A stretch of 29,313 bases of DNA from an uncultured Oscillospiraceae bacterium (GTDB lineage: Bacteria > Bacillota > Clostridia > Peptostreptococcales > Anaerovoracaceae): contig CAZGBL010000002.1 of NCBI GenBank assembly GCA_964523955.1, forward strand, positions 1 to 29,313. The letters are read 5' to 3'. This document shows positions 25,293-29,313 of this stretch, one piece after another (the first letter of the stretch is position 1; each line of letters begins with the position of its first letter). Position numbers and translations under genes: made by a program. Below the pieces are notes generated by a model that was not told the DNA's origin, ran no database searches, and saw only the letters and a program-made list of their open reading frames with translations.

Positions 25293-28064
25293 TTGGCTAA
25301 AGAACTTATTATCAATTCCGTCGAATCTTTCGAAGAAGCTTTACCAATCATTCGTGCTTCTCAGGACGAATTCGCTACATTTACTCAGGAACAGGTAGAT
25401 ACTATCTGCGAAAAGGCTGCTATGGCAGTTTCCAAGATGAGAATTCCTCTCGCAAAGATGGCGAACGAAGAAACTGGGTATGGTATCGTAGTTGATAAGA
25501 TCACTAAGAACCAGTATGCTTCTGAACACATCTGGAACTACATGCGTACTGCTAAGACTTGCGGTATCATTGAAGAAAATCCTGCAGCTGGCACTAAGCG
25601 TGTAGCATCTCCTAAGGGTGTTATCGCTGCGATCGTTCCTACTACTAACCCGACTTCTACTACTATCTATAAGATCTTATTGGCATTAAAGACAAGAAAT
25701 GCTATCATCGTTTCTCCTCATCCAAATGCAGTTAACTGCACAATCGAAGCTGCAAGAATCATGAGAAACGCTGCTATCGAAGCTGGTCTTCCTGAAAACG
25801 TCATCAACTGGGTATCCGTACCTTCCCTCGACATCTCCGACGTAATGATGAAGAAGGTTGACCTCATCATGGCTACTGGCGGTGAAGCGATGGTACACGC
25901 TGCTTACTCCTCCGGTACTCCGGCTATCGGCGTAGGTCCTGGTAACTGTAACGTAGTTATTGATGAAACTGCTGACTTAAGAATGGCAGTAGAATCCATC
26001 ATCCACTCCAAGACTTTCGATAACGGTATGATCTGTGCGACAGAGCAGCACATCACTGTATTAAACAGCGTTTATAAGGAAGTTAAGGCTCTCATGAAGG
26101 ACGCTCGCTGCTACTTCCTGAGCAAGGACGAAGCTGAAAAGGTTGCTGAAGTATTCTTCAATCCTAAGACTCACGGCGTTAAGGCTGCGGCTGTAGGTCA
26201 GACTGCAGTTCACCTCGCTGAAATGGCTGGTATCGACGTTCCTGCTGAAACTAAGGTACTCGTTTACGAGACAGATGATACTTCCCACGACAATCCATGG
26301 GCAAATGAAAAGCTGACTACACTCCTCGGTATGTTCAAGGCTAACACTCTTGACGAAGCATTCGACATCTGTGCCAAGCTCGTACTCGAAGGCGGTGCCG
26401 GTCATACTGCAGCTCTGTACGTTGATCCTGTTGAAGAAGACAAGATCGATGCATTCGCTGAAAAGATGAAGGCAGGACGTATCCTCATTAATACTCCTTC
26501 CTGCTTCGGCGGTCTCGGTGACCTCTACAACTTCGACATGGCTCCGTCCCTCACACTCGGACCTGGTTCTGTCGGCGGTTCTTCCTTCATGGGTCAGACA
26601 CACTACGAGCAGTTACTCGACATAAAGATCGTTGCAATGAGAAAAGAAAACATGCTCTGGTTGCAGCTGCCTAAGAAGTTATATCACAAGACTGGCTGCA
26701 CCAGCGTAGCTCTGAAGGAAATGAAGGATGTTTATAACTTCAAGAGAGCATTCATCATTACAGACGCTAACCTCTATCAGATCGGTGCTTGCGATGCTAT
26801 CATCAACCAGTTAAGAGATATGGGTATCGAAACTGCAGAATTCTTCGACATCAGAGTTGACCCTCAGATTCAGGATGCTATGAAGGGTCTCCCTAAGATG
26901 CACGAATTCGAACCGGACGTAATCATCGCAGTTGGCGGTGGTTCTGCTATCGATACAGCTAAGATCATGTGGATCATGTACGAAAACCCTGAAGAAGCGT
27001 TCCTCGACATGGCTACAATCTTCCTCGATATCAGAAAGAGAATCAGATTCTTCCCTCAGATGGGTACAAAGGCTAAGTTAGTCTGCATCCCTACTACTGC
27101 AGGTACTGGTTCCGAATGTACTCCATTCACAATCATTTCCGATGCTAACACTGGCATGAAGTGGCCGATCATCGGTTACGAAATGATGCCTGAAATGGCT
27201 ATCGTAGACGCTGACAACATGATGAAGCTCCCTCCTAAAGCTACTCAGGCTTCCGGCTACGACGTACTCACTCATGCAGTTGAAGCATATGTTTCCACAT
27301 TTGCTACTGAATATACTGACGGATTCGCTAAGTCTGCAGTTGAAATGGTATTCAAGTATCTCCCTGATGCGTATAAATCCGCATTCAAGGATGCTAAGCC
27401 GAATCCTGTAGCACGTGAAAAGATGGCAGATGCTTCTGCTCTCGCAGGTGTTGCATTCGCTAACGCATTCCTCGGTATCAACCACTCCCTGTCTCATAAG
27501 CTCGGCGGTTGGTTCCACGTTCCTCACGGTACTGCAAACGCTCTGCTCTGCCCTTACGTTTGTAGGTTCAACGCTCAGAAGCACCCTTACCACATGGGTA
27601 CATTCTCTCAGTACAAGTATCCTCAGGCATTCGAAAGATACGTTGAACTGGGCGAGTTAATCGGAGTTAAGGGTAAGAACGACGAAGAAACATTCAAGAA
27701 TTGGATCAAGGCTCTCGAACAGCTCAAGGTTGATATCGATATCCCTGAAACAATTTGCGACTGGCTGGTTGAAAATCACCCAGAAAAGACTGCTGAAGAA
27801 CACGAAGCAGACTTCCTCGCTGCAGTAGATCAGATGTCTGAATGGGCATTCCACGATGCATGCACAGGCGCTAACCCTGTATATCCTTTGATCTCTGAAC
27901 TCAAGCAGATTTACCTCAGAGCATTCTACGGCGATGCTAAGTTCATCGAAAAATATGGTGATGTTCTTTCCGTCGAAGTTAATAATCCTACTGATACTCA
28001 CGCTGCATATCCTCTCGGTCTTGTTGCTGAAATCGGTGAAGATAAGGTTGGCGGCTTCAAATAA
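25293..28064 (+). CDS. adhE: Bifunctional acetaldehyde-CoA/alcohol dehydrogenase AdhE
   Basis: 923 aa, TTG start with RBS AAGGAGG. ALDH domain (PTTNPTST, ATGGEAMV..AYSSGTPAIGVGPGN, DNGMICATEQ catalytic Cys). Fe-ADH domain with GGGSAID, TTAGTGSE and Fe ligands GYDVLTHAVEAY and GINHSLSHKLGGWFHVPHG. Strong high-expression-type codon bias. Confidence 0.97.
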   Translation: MAKELIINSVESFEEALPIIRASQDEFATFTQEQVDTICEKAAMAVSKMRIPLAKMANEETGYGIVVDKITKNQYASEHIWNYMRTAKTCGIIEENPAAGTKRVASPKGVIAAIVPTTNPTSTTIYKILLALKTRNAIIVSPHPNAVNCTIEAARIMRNAAIEAGLPENVINWVSVPSLDISDVMMKKVDLIMATGGEAMVHAAYSSGTPAIGVGPGNCNVVIDETADLRMAVESIIHSKTFDNGMICATEQHITVLNSVYKEVKALMKDARCYFLSKDEAEKVAEVFFNPKTHGVKAAAVGQTAVHLAEMAGIDVPAETKVLVYETDDTSHDNPWANEKLTTLLGMFKANTLDEAFDICAKLVLEGGAGHTAALYVDPVEEDKIDAFAEKMKAGRILINTPSCFGGLGDLYNFDMAPSLTLGPGSVGGSSFMGQTHYEQLLDIKIVAMRKENMLWLQLPKKLYHKTGCTSVALKEMKDVYNFKRAFIITDANLYQIGACDAIINQLRDMGIETAEFFDIRVDPQIQDAMKGLPKMHEFEPDVIIAVGGGSAIDTAKIMWIMYENPEEAFLDMATIFLDIRKRIRFFPQMGTKAKLVCIPTTAGTGSECTPFTIISDANTGMKWPIIGYEMMPEMAIVDADNMMKLPPKATQASGYDVLTHAVEAYVSTFATEYTDGFAKSAVEMVFKYLPDAYKSAFKDAKPNPVAREKMADASALAGVAFANAFLGINHSLSHKLGGWFHVPHGTANALLCPYVCRFNAQKHPYHMGTFSQYKYPQAFERYVELGELIGVKGKNDEETFKNWIKALEQLKVDIDIPETICDWLVENHPEKTAEEHEADFLAAVDQMSEWAFHDACTGANPVYPLISELKQIYLRAFYGDAKFIEKYGDVLSVEVNNPTDTHAAYPLGLVAEIGEDKVGGFK

Positions 28065-28123
28065 GTCTTACCCTTTGATAAGTCTTACATAGAAAGTCAG
28101 TCACTCAGATATGATTCAGTGAG

Positions 28124-28158
28124 TGAAGCTGGTGCCGGTTCGTCCGGTATCAGCTTCA
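28124..28158 (+). other. Intercistronic RNA stem-loop without a U-tract (adhE / ADH-like gene)
   Basis: TGAAGCTGGTGCCGG-TTCGT-CCGGTATCAGCTTCA: 15-bp stem whose two DNA mismatches are both G.U pairs on the + strand. Confidence 0.7.
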
Positions 28159-28192
28159 TATCATATAGTTCATAGAATAAGGAGAAATATAT

Positions 28193-29179
28193 ATGAACAT
28201 GCTCAATCTTCCTAAAAAAGTATATTTCAAAAAGGGTTCTATGTGCGTTGCATTTAAGGAAATCGATGAAATATACCACGCAAAAAGAGCATTCATAATC
28301 TCTGACGCAAACCTGTACAGACTCGGTGCGGTTGCTCCTGTCACTGATTTTATCAGAGGCAGAGGAATCATGACTGCTGAATTCTTCACTATCGATGCGG
28401 AACCTACATTTGAAAATGTACACAGCGGTCTTCCTAAAATGCTCGAGTATCAGCCTGATTTCATCATCGGTGTCGGCGGCGGCTCTGTAATGAACGTTGC
28501 AAAGGCTATGTGGCTTCTTTATGAAAATCCTGATCTGGATCTCAACGAGGCTTCAAAGAATTTTGGAACACTCGAAGCAGACAGAGCTTCCTTCCCTACC
28601 GTTGGAAACAAGGCAAAGCTTGCTCTTTTAGCGACTACTGCTGCTACAGGTGCGGAATGCTCTCCATTCATCGTTCTCAAGAATGATGCTGGTGAAAAAT
28701 GTGTAATCGCAAGCTATAATCTCTTACCTGAAATCGCATGCGTAGATTCTGATTATTCTGAATCCATGTCTGCAGATCTCACAAAGAAGAGCGGTCTTAC
28801 CGCCCTCACTCAGGCAGTAAGAGCTTACGTTGCTGAATATGCAAGTGAATATACTGAAGGTATTGCAAGAGAAGCTGTCGGTATCGTCTTCGAGTATCTT
28901 GAAGAAGCGGTAGAAAAAGGCGCTATGGCTCCAGTGGCATACGAAAGGCTTTCCTATGCTGCTGTTCTCGCTGGTATCGCACTTTCCAATGCCGCAGCTA
29001 CCATCGATCCAAATGCGGTATTCTACCCTACGGAAGATGAAAAATCTGCTGCTAAGATCGGTGCTGATGCTCTCGCCAGAATCGTAGATCTTGCAAAGCA
29101 CGTAGGTATAAAAGCAACAAGCGATGAAAAGATTTTCGAAGCTTGGATTGCTGCTTGTGAAAAGCTGAACGCGTTATAA
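28193..29179 (+). CDS. Iron-containing alcohol dehydrogenase-like protein derived from the AdhE ADH domain; all metal ligands lost (probable pseudoenzyme)
   Basis: 328 aa, RBS AAGGAG. Colinear with the ADH half of the adjacent AdhE (LPKKVYFKKG vs LPKKLYHKTG; KRAFIISDANLY vs KRAFIITDANLY; VGGGS kept). GYDVLTHAVEAY has become GLTALTQAVRAY, and the GINHSLSH...VPHG segment is absent. Confidence 0.85.
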   Translation: MNMLNLPKKVYFKKGSMCVAFKEIDEIYHAKRAFIISDANLYRLGAVAPVTDFIRGRGIMTAEFFTIDAEPTFENVHSGLPKMLEYQPDFIIGVGGGSVMNVAKAMWLLYENPDLDLNEASKNFGTLEADRASFPTVGNKAKLALLATTAATGAECSPFIVLKNDAGEKCVIASYNLLPEIACVDSDYSESMSADLTKKSGLTALTQAVRAYVAEYASEYTEGIAREAVGIVFEYLEEAVEKGAMAPVAYERLSYAAVLAGIALSNAAATIDPNAVFYPTEDEKSAAKIGADALARIVDLAKHVGIKATSDEKIFEAWIAACEKLNAL

Positions 29180-29258
29180 TTGATATTCAAAAAGAAACAT
29201 TAAAACTTCATTGTATTTATAGAAGTAAACAATGCTTCTTCCATTTTTCCAAATACAT

Positions 29259-29296
29259 AAAATGGGTCGTCACGTTTCATTGTGGCGGCTCATTTT
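29259..29296 (+). terminator. Probable terminator hairpin after the adhE operon
   Basis: AAAATGGGTCGTCAC-GTTTCATT-GTGGCGGCTCATTTT: 15-bp stem with three G.U pairs; only a short U-run. Confidence 0.5.
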
Positions 29297-29313
29297 GCAT
29301 ATTCCCGTTTTGC

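Noticed and set aside
25058-25300. 80-aa plus-strand ORF in the adhE leader, and the dyad TGTTG-N7-CAACA at 25075-25091
   Set aside because: The ORF has no RBS and overlaps promoter-like AT-rich DNA; the dyad spacing does not fit Rex and no factor can be assigned.
26061-28423. Several 70-180-aa minus-strand ORFs opposite adhE
   Set aside because: Expected antisense open frames produced by the strong codon bias of a highly expressed gene.
1-29313. CRISPR array, tRNA/rRNA, transposase, integrase, prophage or defence genes
   Set aside because: No regularly spaced repeats, cloverleaf/CCA patterns or recombinase/nuclease motifs were seen by eye; tRNAscan and CRISPR finders were not run.

Overview
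29.3 kb of chromosomal DNA from a Clostridia-class (Bacillota) anaerobe. The class is inferred from the IspH-RpsA fusion, the argR-recN linkage, the Ger operon and the monoderm-type Tad locus. From left to right: argR-recN (+); a convergent aroK; a minus-strand run of a 1225-aa TPR protein, a degenerate CbiJ/CobK-like protein, a CobO-type corrinoid adenosyltransferase, RarA and the IspH-RpsA fusion; a GerA-family germinant-receptor operon in A-C-B order (+) with a sigG/sigF-like promoter; a 71-bp TG...CA IS3-like miniature element; an HdeD/DUF308 membrane protein; a Tad/Flp (type IVc) pilus operon (-), including a 56-aa Flp pilin missed by the ORF track and lacking a prepilin peptidase; and a divergent adhE (+) with tandem Rex-like boxes. 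The best lead follows adhE directly. It is an intact, apparently highly expressed copy of AdhE's own alcohol-dehydrogenase domain that has lost all four iron ligands but kept the NAD-binding motifs, so it is a candidate pseudoenzyme partner (spirosome cap or NAD(H) sensor). A second probable pseudoenzyme (CbiJ-like) lies between the TPR gene and cobO. No rRNA, tRNA, CRISPR array, transposase or prophage gene was seen. All family calls come from motif recognition by eye, not database searches.
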